Under the pieces are notes generated by a model. The model was not told the origin of the DNA, did not search any database, and saw only the letters and a program-made list of their open reading frames with translations. Shown one piece after another: positions 12,463 through 26,121 of a DNA stretch of 64,000 bases. The stretch is from Octopus vulgaris (Eukaryota). The stretch spans positions 220,162,001 to 220,226,000 of the forward strand of contig OX597814.1 in NCBI GenBank assembly GCA_951406725.2. Reading direction: 5' to 3'. How positions within the stretch are numbered: position 1 is the first letter of the stretch; each line of letters opens with the position of its first letter. The translations under genes and the position numbers were made by a program.

Positions 12463-13702
12463 TATATCAAGAAGAGCAACAATTCAGTGAAAAGGAACAC
12501 AATTTACAAAAGTATACAGTAATAGCTAAAAAAAACCCCAAAAGAGTAAAGAAAAACATGGAAATTAGTAAATAAATGAACAAAATAAAAAAGTGAGTAT
12601 ATTTCCTTAAGTATACATCTTTCCAGAACATGTTGGTGATCCTTAGAATCTCTGAGAATTCAGAAAACATAAAAAAAAAAAAATTAGTTTCATATTAAAC
12701 AATGAAGCATTAGCACAAAGTAGTGTTTAGGTATGAGTAGAATTAAGGCTAGCTGAAATATGTTTGTGACACATTGCAACTGCTAAAAGGAAAATACTCT
12801 GCAGTTATTGTGGATAATAAATCTCTCTCTCCACAGTAACTGCAGTGCCTTTTAGCAGTTGCAATGTGTCGCAGACATATTTCAACTAGCCTAAATTCTG
12901 CTCGTATTTTCATATTGTTAATATATAGGTGCAGGAGTGGCTGTGTGGTAAGTAGCTTGTTTACCAACCACATGGTTCCAGGTTCAGTCCCACTGCACGG
13001 CACTTTGGACAAGTGTCTTTTACTATAGCCTCGGGCCAACCAAAGCCTTGTGAGTGGATTTGGTAGATAGAAACTGAAAGAAGCCTGTCGTATATATGTA
13101 TATATATATATATATGTGTATGTTTGTGTGTTGTGTTTATCCCCCCAACATCGCTTGACAACCGATGCTGGTGTGTTTACGTCCCTGTAACTTAGCGGTT
13201 CGGCAAAAGAGACCGATAGAATAAGTACTGGGCTTACAAAGAATAAGTCTCGGGGTTGATTTCCTCGACTAAAGGCGGTACTCCAGCATGGCCACAGTTA
13301 AATGCCTGAAACAAGTAAATGAGTAAATGAATATTAAATATTAAATCTTCCCAACCGGTGCTGGTGTATTCACATCCCTGTACCTTAGTGGTTTGGCAAA
13401 AATGACCAATAGAGTAAGTGCCAGGCTTAAAAAAAAAAAAAAAATTTAAGCACTGGGGTCGATTCATTTGACTAAAAATTCAAAGCGGTGTCCAAGAAAG
13501 AAAAGAATACACCATGTTTGTAAAAAGATGGAATGTTAGTGGCTGGAAAAGATCTGCCGTAATTTCATCATGGATGATTGCATTGTGGTAGATGCATCAC
13601 TGGGTGATTTCATGCAAGCTAAATACATTGTCAGAAAATCTGTTATGGCAAATTTGTTAGCAGTAAATTCCCTTCATACTTTTTATCTGTAAATATTATT
13701 TG

Positions 13703-15460
13703 AAATGTTTTATTTATGGAATAAACTTTCGGCTAAACACTACTTAAAGTGTTCATTTGAAGAATAAACATATTGCTATACACTATTTAAAGCATTAATC
13801 CACAAACCAAATACATTGTTAAATGTTTATTTTAAATGTTTATTTATGGAATAAACTTTCGGCTAAACACTACTTAAAGTGTTCATTTGAAGAATAAACA
13901 TATTGCTATACACTATTTAAAGCATTAATCCACAAACCAAATACATTGTTAAATGTTTATTTATGGAATAAACTTTCGGCTAAACACTACTTAAAGTGTT
14001 CATTTGAAGAATAAACATATTGCTATACACTATTTAAAGCATTAATCCACAAACCAAATACATTGTTAAATGTTTATTTATGGAATAAACTTTCGGCTAA
14101 ACACTACTTAAAGTGTTCATTTGAAGAATAAACATATTGCTATACACTATTTAAAGCATTAATCCACAAACCAAATACATTGTTAAATGTTTATTTATGG
14201 AATAAACTTTCGGCTAAACACTACTTAAAGTGTTCATTTGAAGAATAAACATATTGCTATACACTATTTAAAGCATTAATCCACAAACCAAATACATTGT
14301 TAAATGTTTATTTATGGAATAAACTTTCGGCTAAACACTACTTAAAGTGTTCATTTGAAGAATAAACATATTGCTATACACTATTTAAAGCATTAATCCA
14401 CAAACCAAATACATTGTTAAATGTTTATTTTAAATGTTTATTTATGGAATAAACTTTCGGCTAAACACTACTTAAAGTGTTCATTTGAAGAATAAACATA
14501 TTGCTATACACTATTTAAAGCATTAATCCACAAACCAAATACATTGTTAAATGTTTATTTTAAATGTTTATTTATGGAATAAACTTTCGGCTAAACACTA
14601 CTTAAAGTGTTCATTTGAAGAATAAACATATTGCTATACACTATTTAAAGCATTAATCCACAAACCAAATACATTGTTAAATGTTTATTTATGGAATAAA
14701 CTTTCGGCTAAACACTACTTAAAGTGTTCATTTGAAGAATAAACATATTGCTATACACTATTTAAAGCATTAATCCACAAACCAAATACATTGTTAAATG
14801 TTTATTTTAAATGTTTATTTATGGAATAAACTTTCGGCTAAACACTACTTAAAGTGTTCATTTGAAGAATAAACATATTGCTATACACTATTTAAAGCAT
14901 TAATCCACAAACCAAATACATTGTTAAATGTTTATTTTAAATGTTTATTTATGGAATAAACTTTCGGCTAAACACTACTTAAAGTGTTCATTTGAAGAAT
15001 AAACATATTGCTATACACTATTTAAAGCATTTATCCACAAACCAAATACATTGTTAAATGTTTATTTGAAATGTTTATTTATGGAATAAACTTTCGGCTA
15101 AACACTACTTAAAGTGTTCATTTGAAGAATAAACATATTGCTATACACTATTTAAAGCATTAATCCACAAACCAAATACATTGTTAAATGTTTATTTATG
15201 GAATAAACTTTCGGCTAAACACTACTTAAAGTGTTCATTTGAAGAATAAACATATTGCTATACACTATTTAAAGCATTAATCCACAAACCAAATACATTG
15301 TTAAATGTTTATTTTAAATGTTTATTTATGGAATAAACTTTCGGCTAAACACTACTTAAAGTGTTCATTTGAAGAATAAACATATTGCTATACACTATTT
15401 AAAGCATTAATCCACAAACCAAATACATTGTTAAATGTTTATTTTAAATGTTTATTTTAA
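13703..15460. repeat. Tandem satellite, 14 units of 117 or 130 bp
   Basis: GGCTAAACAC occurs at 13731, 13861, 13978, 14095, 14212, 14329, 14459, 14589, 14706, 14836, 14966, 15096, 15213 and 15343. Long units carry an extra 13-mer, AAATGTTTATTTT. Confidence 0.95.
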
Positions 15461-16070
15461 ACGTGCGGGTGGCACGTAAAAAGCACCCACTACACTCACG
15501 GAGTGGTTGGCGTTAGGAAGGGCATCCAGCCGTAGAAACACTGCCAGATTTGACTGGGCCTGATGAAGCCTTCTGGCTTCACAGACCCCAGTAGAACCGT
15601 CCAACCCATGCTAGCATGGAAAACGGACGCTAAACGATGATGATGATGATGATGATGTTTATTAACAGAGTAATCTAAAGCATTCATCTGAAGAGTGAGT
15701 AAATATACTGACCATACATTAAAGTATTTATCCACAAAAGGAACACATTAGTAAATATTATAAGTAAGTATTTATCTGCAGAATAAACACATTGCTAAAC
15801 AGTTCAAAGTTTTTAACAGCTGAACGTCATCAAAACATTTTTTTAAAGAATTCATTTGCAGAGTAAATATAATACATTTCATTAACAATAGGCATAGGAG
15901 TGGCTGTGTGGTAAGTAGCTTGCTTATGAACCACATGGTTCTGGGTTCAGTCCCACTGTGTGGCACCTTGGGCAAGTGTCTTCTACTATAGCCTCGGGTC
16001 AACCAAAGCCTTGTGATTGGATTTGGTAGACGGAAACTGAAAGAAGCCCGTCGTATATATGTGTATATAC

Positions 16071-16130
<60 letters not shown>

Positions 16131-17587
16131 GTATCTGTGTTTGTCTCCCCAGCATCGCTTGACAACCGATGGTGGTGTGTTTATGTCCCTGTAACTTAGC
16201 AGTTCAGCAAAAGAGACTGATAGAATAAGTACTAGGCTTACAAAGGATAAGTCTTCAGGTCAATTTGCTCGACTAAAGGCGGTGCTCCAGCATGGCCACA
16301 GTCAAATGATTGAAACAAGTAAAAGAGTAATGAAAAATAAATTCAAGGATAAAAAAATTATCAGTATTACATTTACTTAATATCCTCATCACCCTTTTAC
16401 ATATCTGCTTTTCCATGCAGGCATGAGTTGGGCAAAACCTATTGAGGCAGTATGCTACAGATAGATGCTCTTCCTGACATCAACCCTTACTTATTAAGCT
16501 AAGTACATTTTCTCCCCACATCTTAATATGGTTGAACTACCCAGCTGCTGGACATGTTTTTTTTTATATATTCATGAGGCACAATGTCACAACTGCCCAA
16601 ACACTATCAATATGAACACACACAAGTGCACATACACAAATATGACAAGCTTTTGTACAATTTCCATCTACCAAACTTTACCAACAAGGCATTGACCAAA
16701 CTAAGGCCAGAGGAACCAAACTCCAAACCATAAAGTTCGTAACCTTAAAATCAGCTGCTATTCTTAAGTACAAGAGCAATGCTTACAACTATTCTTCACC
16801 ACCTAACTAATATCGCAGATCCATGCCTGCACTTATATACCATTTTGCCGGACTTGAGAAGAAGACCTGTCAAGCCAAGTAAAATTGCAGTCATGGCAGA
16901 TACTGGTGTCATGCAAATGACATGTAAAAGCACCCATTACACTCTTGGAATGGTTGGCATTAGGAAGGGCATCCAGTTGTAGAAACCATTGCCAAATCAG
17001 ACTGGAGTCAGGTGCAGCCTTCCAGCTTGCAAGCACTGGTCAAACTGTCCAACCCATGGATGTTAAATGTTAAATGATGACACACACAAGCATGTAGTGA
17101 AAAAGATAACACTATTATAAATTGGTGGAAAGAAGAGACATTCTAAAATGACAAATTAGGAGAAATATCTCTTAAGTGATTCAGCATTTCTTGGCCTTGA
17201 TATTCACTGACATTGCATTGGACTCTCATTGCACTATCTTTTACATTTTTTATTTTTCAAAGTGAAATTTCTGCAATGGTGTTGGACCCTAATGAATTGT
17301 TTAACCCATGTTAGCATAGCAGATGGACCAACCCATCTCATCGCTGAGTCTAATTACTCAACATGCAACATTACTATTATCACGTTGCTTCCCACTCCAT
17401 CTCCTTTATACTGACCCCTGACGCTACTTATACCCTCTTCAATCTCCTAGCCTAATGCTATTCCTACAGCTCTGGGTTTAATGATTGACTAAAGTTACTG
17501 GGCACCACCCTGAAAGTGATGCCCCAGCATGGTCACAGCCCAATAACCGAAACCAGTAAATAGGAGTAATCAAAGCAAGTGCAATAC

Positions 17588-17703
17588 CTTATATCCAAGG
17601 ACTTGGCCATTTTGTTCAAGGAGAGGCACATCCCCCCACTGGATATCAATAGAAGAGGAAGAAACTGCTTCTCCAGTTACATTGCTTGGTCCAGATGATG
17701 GCA
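17588..17703 (-). CDS. sdk: Sidekick-like FN3 exon 7 (phase 1-0)
   Basis: AG at 17704-17705, GT at 17586-17587. Encodes VPSSGPSNVTGEAVSSSSIDIQWGDVPLLEQNGQVLGYK, which closely resembles the start of Sdk FN3 #7. Not in the ORF track. Confidence 0.92.
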
Positions 17704-18650
17704 CTGAAAGAAAAAACAATTAAAACCTGCTAATTCTGTTGACTGATTTAAGTCAAAACAGAGAGAGAGAGAGAGAGAGAAAGGGAAAAAGAATGTGTGC
17801 ATACATACACACAAACATAAACATACACACATCTCATCTGATGCGCTAACAATTATGCTAATCCCTTGCCCCGGATTGGTAATTTACTTTAATGATTTCA
17901 AAGGAGAATAAAGGGTAAAGTTAACCCTGCAAGGATTTGAACTCAGAGCACAACACATTTTGTTTCCCGCTCTAATGATTCTGCTCTATGGATGAACTAC
18001 GAAATGAGACAATGAAATGACACATACAACATAATATGTCATTTTAGCTAGCATCAACAATGCTTTATGCAAAATGTTCCCAAGCATGGATGTTACACGC
18101 TGGTGGTTAGGGCTATAGCTTTATCTAAAGCTCCGGTGAGATAATCTAAAACATAATTTAAACTGTAGACTTTTGGGCACAATAATTCAGCTGTTTGTTT
18201 TTGTATCTGGTTTGCAAGATTCTTTATGTGAACTTGTGTGTTGAAGCAAATTTTGTTGTGTCTAGAGCGAGTCATATTTTTTTAATGCCTTATTATCTAA
18301 CACACTCTCCGCTTCAATTTCCACTCATTTATTATTTATATTTTGTTTTTCTTCCAAAGTTGTCATTCAACCATGTCAAGGTTGCAAAATCAATGAAAAC
18401 TTTGTAAGAAAAACAAAATATAAATAAGTAAATGAGTGGAAATTGAACTGGTGAGTGTGTTGCATAATAAGGCATTAAGATAATATGACCCTCCCAAGAT
18501 ACAACGAAATTCAGCTGTTAGCAATCTAAATTCTTCTAAGAAAACCACCTAATTATTCAAAAAGACATTAATTATCACTTCAGATTATTTTGTCTCACTT
18601 CTGTGTTGCAATATTTACCAAAGATAAAACAATATGAAATAATACTTTAC

Positions 18651-18885
18651 CAGACTCCATGGTTTTTTGGCTGATTACTGGACTGAAAGGACTTTTGCCA
18701 ACAAAATTATAGGAATTCATCTTCACTTTGTACAGCACCCATTCATTGAGACCATTCAAAATATAGCTGTAATTATTGAAAGCATTCTCCAGAGTAACTA
18801 CTGTCCAACTTTCATTTCTGCCAACAACTTTGTACCATATTTCATAGCCACGGGGTACTCCATTCCAGTCTTGCTTTGTTAATAA
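18651..18885 (-). CDS. sdk: Sidekick-like FN3 exon 6 (phase 0-1)
   Basis: AG at 18886-18887, GT at 18649-18650. Encodes LLTKQDWNGVPRGYEIWYK...LNGLNEWVLYKVKMNSYNFVGKSPFSPVISQKTMES. Not in the ORF track. Confidence 0.92.
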
Positions 18886-19359
18886 CTGAAAACCATTTAA
18901 TTAATGTGTGATTCAGTGAATAAACAGATAAAAAGCAATTTTACAGGTTTAACAGTAGTTTTGGCACCATTACCCAGAATATTTATAAAAGAGTAAAAGA
19001 GTAAAAGAATAGTGGAACTGTTGATATATTTGATCATCTTTGATTGTTTTCTTGCTTTTGAAAATCGTATAATACTAAACATATTACAGGGTTATCACAA
19101 AGAAATTTATTAATTTTAGTGTACTTTCTAAAGGGAGCTATACAAACTGTATATTATTGTAAATTGACAATTGACACTAAATAATTGCAGTACACTAGCA
19201 AAGTTACAAAAATAAAAATGATAAAGGTTATCTCTGTCTTTTTTAAGGGTATTTTTCAATTTTGCCATCCATCCAACAATATGTGTGTGAATGTGTGGGT
19301 GTGTGCATATACATACATTTTATATATACATACATATATATATACATACATACATATGT

Positions 19360-19390
<31 letters not shown>

Positions 19391-19600
19391 AACTGTACTA
19401 GGAGAAGAAGAAACGAAATGAAACGCTCAGTCTTTTTTTCTCTCCTTCTTTCTGTGTTTTTTTTCTCTCTGTGTATCTTTCTGTTGAAGAGCGTAGGCTC
19501 GACTTGTTTTATTTATATTTCCTGAGCGCCATACTAATACAATTGTTTGTTTGTTTTCCACCTGCCTTCGTCTTTTGTCTATTTTCATAAAGCTTCCCGT
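19391..19600 (+). mobile_element. Short Penelope-like 3' fragment inserted in (TA)n
   Basis: Shares TGAAGAGC(G/A)TAGGCTCGA, CTAATACA...TTGTT and CACCTG.CTTC.TCTTTT with 1505-1625. (TA)n lies on both sides. Confidence 0.55.
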
Positions 19601-19631
<31 letters not shown>

Positions 19632-20364
19632 GTGTTTATATATCTGTGTATGTACATATATATAAATATGCTGGACTCTCCTGTTGAAGACAATGTTGAA
19701 GATAATGATGGTGATGATGATCTTTGTAACTTTAGACACAAGGCCTGAAATTTGGGTGGGGGGGGGGGAGAAGGTAAGTTAACTGCATTGACCCCAGTGC
19801 TCAACTGGTACTGATTTTATTGACACCGAAAGGACAAAAAGTGAAGTCAATCTTGATGGAATCTGAAGAAACCTGACTGTAAAGAGCCACAAGATATGAC
19901 ACTCAGCATTTTGTCTGACATGCTAACAATTCTCTCAGTTCACCACTGATGATAATAACAACTCACTAGATAATAAGTTCTTATTTCTAAGTACAAATCT
20001 ACTGCAGATGGTTTCTTCTTTTTTTTTTTTTTTTTCACTTTTTATGTTTTTGAGTCTGACGTTACATTTTCTGTGCTATAGTTTAGCTAGTTAACAGGTC
20101 TTAGAACTCATGAAGAAATTACTTGAATATGCATCCCACTGCCACTCCATATTCATCACTTACACAACTCTGTTCTCCCCTTCCCTGATATCAGTCACCA
20201 CCACTATGCCACCACATTTCCCTCATACTAACACTTTTTGCACCCTTCTCATTTTATCAAATAATAGCCTAACTGACCGTTTCAATTTTATGGGTTAGAG
20301 GATAAGATGAAAAATTCTTGTAAAATAACTTTGTTGATATTAAGTTAGTGTCTGGAAAATAAAT

Positions 20365-20589
20365 TAACCCCTTATCCAACAATTATTTTGAAAATATATG
20401 TATTTTTTCAGACATATTTTCTATATGACATATTTTTTATAATATGACATATTTTTTATAATAGACGAAGGAACTCGTTTGCTGTCGATTTTGGCGAGTC
20501 TATCTTTTGACGAGTTAACTCGCCAGAGATAGAAAAAAACGATTTCGGTCAAAACGCATATATTCGTTTCTGCCGGGTAAGGGGTTAAT
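20365..20589. mobile_element. piggyBac-type MITE nested in an older MITE; duplicated at ~25646-25870
   Basis: Termini TTAA-CCCCTTA...TAAGGGG-TTAA. Confidence 0.7.
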
Positions 20590-20896
20590 ATGAAAATTTT
20601 GATAAAAGGTTTTAAACTCAATCACTTTAAAATGAGGAGTTTGTGTCATAAGCATAGAGGTGATCTCTGGCAGGTTGATGCCAAATGGCTCAAAGACTTA
20701 AGTTTACTGTGACAGAAAATCTGGAATGAAATATCAGATCAGCCTCCATATTTTTGATTTAATATAACCCATTCTATCGATATTGGTATTTGTGAAAAAA
20801 AAAAAAAATATAAACACTTTAAAAATAAATAAAAAATGTTATAAAAGGGTTACAAATTTTTTTTTTGTGTAGATCTTTATAGAAAGACTTTCTCAC

Positions 20897-21267
20897 CATC
20901 CAGCTGATACGGAATGCTGTCTCATTGATAGCTTGAACTGTAACATTTCCAGGAGGTCTACTGGGTGGAGCAGGACTTGTTTGAAACAGTCGAGATGGCT
21001 CACTGTGGTTACTACGACCGGCAGTGTTTTCAGCTATGATGCGAAGACGATAATGTGTGTAAGGGAATAGATTCGGAATTCTCAGGGTTGTAGCATCGGG
21101 AGCAGATACGCTGTAGATTTTTTTCCATTTCTTATCTGAATTAACCTGAGCTTCAATTATCCACTGGGTAATGGAAGTTTTACCATCAAAACCTGGAGTG
21201 AATCTTAGTTGGCAAGATCTGGGATGAATGTTACTGATTCCTAAGCTGCTTGGTGCTCCAGGAGGCA
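20897..21267 (-). CDS. sdk: Sidekick-like FN3 exon 5 (phase 1-0)
   Basis: AG at 21268-21269, GTGAGA donor. Encodes VPPGAPSSLGISNIHPRSCQLRFTPGFDGKTSITQWIIEAQ...NLFPYTHYRLRIIAEN...AINETAFRISWM. The PGxDGKTSI motif is characteristic of Sdk FN3 #5. Confidence 0.95.
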
Positions 21268-21555
21268 CTACGGTACAAAGAAAAAAAGTAAAATTGAAAG
21301 ACAAAAATGTAAGCAAAATAGTGATAATAAAAGGTGAAGATTAAAAGTGTAATCCAATAGGTATTCTTTATCTGACGATAATAATGATGTAGTATCTACA
21401 TAGAGATGGCTGTGTGGTTAAGGAAGTTGCTTGTGAATAGATTTGGAACAAAGAAACTGTTACGAAATTAAACCTCTGTGTGTGTGTGTATGTGTGTGTG
21501 TGTGTGTGTGTGTGCGTGTGTGGCCTATCTTGTTGTCTCATGATAGTAAGCAAGT

Positions 21556-21935
21556 GAGGCGCAATGGCCCAGTGGTTAGGGCAGCAGACTCGCGGTCATA
21601 GGATCGCGGTTTCGATTCCCAGACCGGGCGTTGTGAGTGTTTATTGAGCAAAAACACCTAAAGCTCCACGAGGCTCCGGCAGGGGATGGTGGTGATCCCT
21701 GCTGTACTCTTTCACCACAACTTTCTCTCACTCTTACTTCCTGTTTCTGTTGTACCTGTATTTCAAAGGGCCGGCCTTGTCACTCTCTGTGTCACGCTGA
21801 ATATCCCCGAGAACTACGTTAAGGGTATACGTGTCTGTGGAGTGCTCAGCCACTTACACGTTAATTTCACGAGCAGGCTGTTCTGTTGATTCGGATCAAC
21901 CGGAACCCTCGTCGTCGTAACCGACGGAGTGTCTC
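21556..21935 (+). mobile_element. tRNA-derived SINE family 2 (young). Other copies 30103-30490 and 62131-62500
   Basis: tRNA-like head TGGCCCAGTGGTTAGGGCAGC.GACTCGC...GGTTTCGATTCCC. TSD TAGTAAGCAAGTG flanks this copy, GTGTATGTGTA flanks the 30.1-kb copy and AGTGAACAAATGT flanks the 62.1-kb copy. Confidence 0.88.
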
Positions 21936-23650
21936 TTTTAGTAAGCAAGTGTCATCTTCATACAAATAGTGTCAGTCATTTCCAGTCTTTTGTGAAAATT
22001 GGTCAACCCAAATGGAAATATTGCTGCAATTGGAAAACTTTTCGGCTGTAGAAAATTTGCTTCAGCAAAATCCATCTAATCCAATGGAAGCACAGAAATG
22101 TGGACACTAAAACAATGATGATGATTTCATATAAATATATATATACTCTTTTTTACTCTTTTACTTGTTTCAGTCATTTGACTGCGGCCATGCTGGAGCA
22201 CCACCTTTAATCGAGCAAATCGACCCTGGGACTTATTCTTTTTTGTAAGCCCAGTACTTATTCTATCGGTCTCTTTAGTTGAACCGCTAAGTGACGGGGA
22301 CGTAAACACACCAGCATTGGTTGTCAAGCAATGCTAGGGGGACAAACACAGACACACAAACACATACACATATATATATATACATACATATATACGATAG
22401 GCTTCTTTCAGTTTCCGTCTACCAAATTCACTCACAAGGCATTGGTCGGCCCGGGGCTATAGCAGAAGACACTTGCCCAAGATGCCACGCAGTGGGACTG
22501 AACCCGCAACCATGTGGTTGGTTAGCAAGCTACTTACCACACAGCCACTATTTGTTTTAATCAAGGGACTGTGACCATGTTGGGGTACCATCTTGAATAA
22601 TTTTAGTTGAATGAATCGACCCCAGTGCTTAGTTTTTTTTTAAAGACTGATAATTTTGTATCACTTTCTTTTGTTAAACTGCAAAGTTATAAGAATGTAA
22701 ATCCACTAACACCAATTCTCAAGCAGTGGTGGGGTATAATTAAAGACACAAACACTCATCCACATATATACACATACAATAGGCTTCTTTCAGTTTCCAT
22801 CAACCAAATCCATTCACAAGGCTTTGGTTGGCTTAAGTCACTTGCCCATGGTGCCCACGGTTCCACACAGTGGGACTGAACCTGGAACCATGTGATTGGG
22901 AAACCACACAGCCTACATTTGTACCTAGACATAAAATCTTTTAAAACCTTAGATTAATAATAAACTCATGTATGTATGCACACCTGTGTGTATGTGTGTA
23001 TGGGGTAGAAAGGGCTCCTTAGCCATAGTGAAGGCAATCTATCTAGGGAGATAACCTTACAATAAATCACTGGGTCCATAGCTTAGAAATACTGGGTTGA
23101 CGTCCAGCGGGAACAGCTTTGTTTCATGGAGGAGGAAAGATCTTCTTTAGTACTTGGTTGTACAATGCTTTCCAATGTGTGTAGTAGTGGTGCACGCACA
23201 CATTATTAGCCATTTGAAAAGACTATGAAAGTCTCGACCACGGTCGAACAATGATGATGATGATGATGATGTGTATGTGTGTGTGTGTGTGTGTGTAAAA
23301 AGTTAAAAGTAAATGGATTCTTTATTAATTTTAATGATGAATATTCCAGAAGTGATGCTAAACAAATGAGAAATGATATAGTAATCACAAGACTTCCAAT
23401 AATCTATAAAATAACAAGCTGAATTGCTCTGCGTCGCCTGAGTTAATGACTCAGAGAATTAACAGTAACATCACAAAGCTCTTTATTTAAGTTACAGTAA
23501 ATCTTTTCGAAAAATATCACTCAACAAAATTTCAGACTAAGAACACTTTGTAAACCTTTTTATTTTCCTTCTTTTAAGAACATACTTTTGCTTGATATCC
23601 AAATTCCAAACATATGTATGGCCCCCCAAATTCCAAACATATGTATGGCC

Positions 23651-24594
23651 TCTGCCTGGCCCCGTGTCGGTGGCACGTAAAAGCACCATCCGTTCGTGTT
23701 CGTTGCCAGCCTCGCCTGGCCCCCGTGCCGGTGACACGTAAAAGCACCGTCCGTTCGTGGCCGGTTGCCAGCTCTGTCTGGCCCCGTGTCGGTGGCACGT
23801 AAAAAGCACCATCCGTTCGTGGCCATTTGCCAGCCTCGGCTGGCCCCCGTGCCGGTGACACGTAAAAGCACCGTCTGCTCGTGGCCGTTTGCCAGCTCTG
23901 TCTGGCAACCGTGTCGGTGGCACGTAAAAGCACCATCCGTTCGTGTCTGTTGCCAGCCTCGGCTGGCCCCCGTGCCGGTGACACGTAAAAGCACCGTCCG
24001 CTCGTGGCCGTTTGCCAGTTCTGTCTGGCAACCGTGTCGGTGGCACGTAAAAGCACCATCCGTTCACGTCTGTTGCCAGCCTCAGCTGGCCCCCGTGCCG
24101 GTGACACGTAAAAGCACCGTCCGCTCGTGGCCGTTTGCCAGCTCTGTCTGGCAACCGTGTCGGTGGCACGTAAAAGCACCATCCGTTCGCGTCTGTTGCC
24201 AGCCTCGGCTGGCCCCCGTGCCGGTGACACGTAAAAGCACCGTCCGTTCGTGGCCGGTTGCCAGCTCTGTCTGGCCCCGTGTCGGTGGCACGTAAAAGCA
24301 CCATCCGTTCGTGTCCGTTGCCAGCATCGCCTGGCCCCGTGCCGGTGACACGTAAAAGCACCATCCGTTCGTGGCCGTTCGCCAGCTCTGTCTGGCACCT
24401 GTGCAGGTGGCACGTAAAAAACACCCACTACAGTCGCGGAGTGGTTGGCGTTAGGAAGGGCATCCAGCCGTAGAAACACTGCCAGATCTGACTGGGCCTG
24501 ACGAAGCCTTCCAGCTTCACAGACCCCAGTTGACCCGTCCAACCCATGCTAGCATGGAAAGCGGACGCTAAACGATGATGATGATGATGATGAT
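23651..24594 (+). mobile_element. RTE LINE 3' fragment with an expanded ~61-bp (123-bp dimeric) GC-rich minisatellite in its 3'UTR
   Basis: 13 GGTG(G/A)CACGTAAAA cores from 23.67 to 24.42 kb run directly into the standard RTE terminus and (GAT)n tail. Confidence 0.85.
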
Positions 24595-26121
24595 GTAAAA
24601 AATTATACACAAATTCAAATCTTTTACATCATTTTCCAATTTCTGCTTAAACTAATCTTTACCCTAACTCAAAATTGTAATTCTAATACAAAACCCTAAC
24701 ATTAAATGTTAATCCTTAGCTCTTACCTTAAAACTTAACTTAAGACTCTTATACTAATTTTATCCCTCAAATATATAATACTAATCCTAACATTAAATTC
24801 TAAACCCAACCCCCAACGCTAGTGCTAATTTTTGTGTGGAATCACAATCTCCTATGTTTGAAGCATATACTTCTAGAAAAAAATCCAGAACATTAAAATA
24901 GCTACCATACATAACTTTAAAATAAGGCAGGATGAAAAAGTGAGAAGAAATCGCAATTTTTAAAAACTTTTTATTTGCAGAATTGTAATGTCTGGTTACA
25001 ACGTCAAAAGGGATAACATACTAAGTGATAACATTTTTCCCTTTAGAAATCTGTCTGACTTTGCAACAGATGAATGAGTGATAATAATTTTTGAAGTAAT
25101 AAAAAAGAAATTGATAAGGTATTTCACTTCAATGTTGACTTGAAGCATTGTCTTTGTGAAAAGAAAAGTGATCTGGTGCTAAGTATTTAGCAGACAATAA
25201 TTTCTTTATCATTTGCTCATAAATGGAAAAAAAAGGAGTACTTTGGTTACTTCTGGATAATTTCGGTCCAAACATTGTCAAATACCTGTCTATATAGATT
25301 TGTGAGTGTGTGTGTTAAAGAGAGAGAGAGAGGAAGAGAGAGAGAAACAAAAGAGAGAAAGACATTGGAAGTGCGTGCAGGTGTATCCCTGAATGACAGC
25401 TGTATTAATGTTACCATCCCACTGCCACTCCATATTCATCACTTACACAACTCTGTTCTCCCCTTCCCTGATATCAGTCACCATCACTATGCCACCAAAT
25501 TTCCCTCATACCAACACTTTTTGCACCCTTCTCATTTTATCAAATAATAGCCTAACTGACCGTTTCAATTTTACGGGTTAGAGGATAAGATGAAAAATTC
25601 TTGTAAAATAACTTTGTTGATATTAAGTTAGTGTCTGGAAAATAAATTAATCCCTTACCCAACAATTATTTTGAAAATATATGTATTTTTTCAGACATAT
25701 TTTCTATATGACATATTTTTTATAATATGACATTTTTTATAATAGACGAAGGAACTCGTTTGCTGTCGATTTTGGCGAGTCTATCTTTTGACGAGTTAAC
25801 TCGCCAGAGATAGAAAAAAAATGATTTCGGTCAAAACGCATATATTCGTTTCTGCCGGGTAAGGGGTTAATATGAAAATTTTGATAAAAGGTTTTAATTT
25901 CAATCACTTTAAAATGAGAAGTTTGTGTCATAAGACTAGAGGTGATCTCTGGCAGGTTGATGCCAAATGGCTCAAAGACTTAGTTATTCAATTTCAAGGA
26001 ACTAAAGCTAAAACGGACAGTTGTGAAGATCTTATAAAGCAAGGCCGATTGCAACACGCATATTGTCTTAATTATAGTAAATAAATGCTATTATGTTATG
26101 ACAGACATATAGTCATCTTAC

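Noticed and set aside
21556-21630. tRNA gene-like sequence (also 30103 and 62131)
   Set aside because: These are SINE heads: each continues into a ~300-bp shared body and is flanked by TSDs.
23651-24424. CRISPR-like array (constant hairpin core with intervening sequence)
   Set aside because: The intervening sequences are themselves repeated in two alternating types rather than unique spacers. There are no cas genes, the context is eukaryotic, and the array is contiguous with an RTE 3' end.
23537-24542. Long ORFs (295 and 322 aa) over the GC-rich array
   Set aside because: They result from a stop-free tandem repeat with a period divisible by three and show no domain-like sequence.
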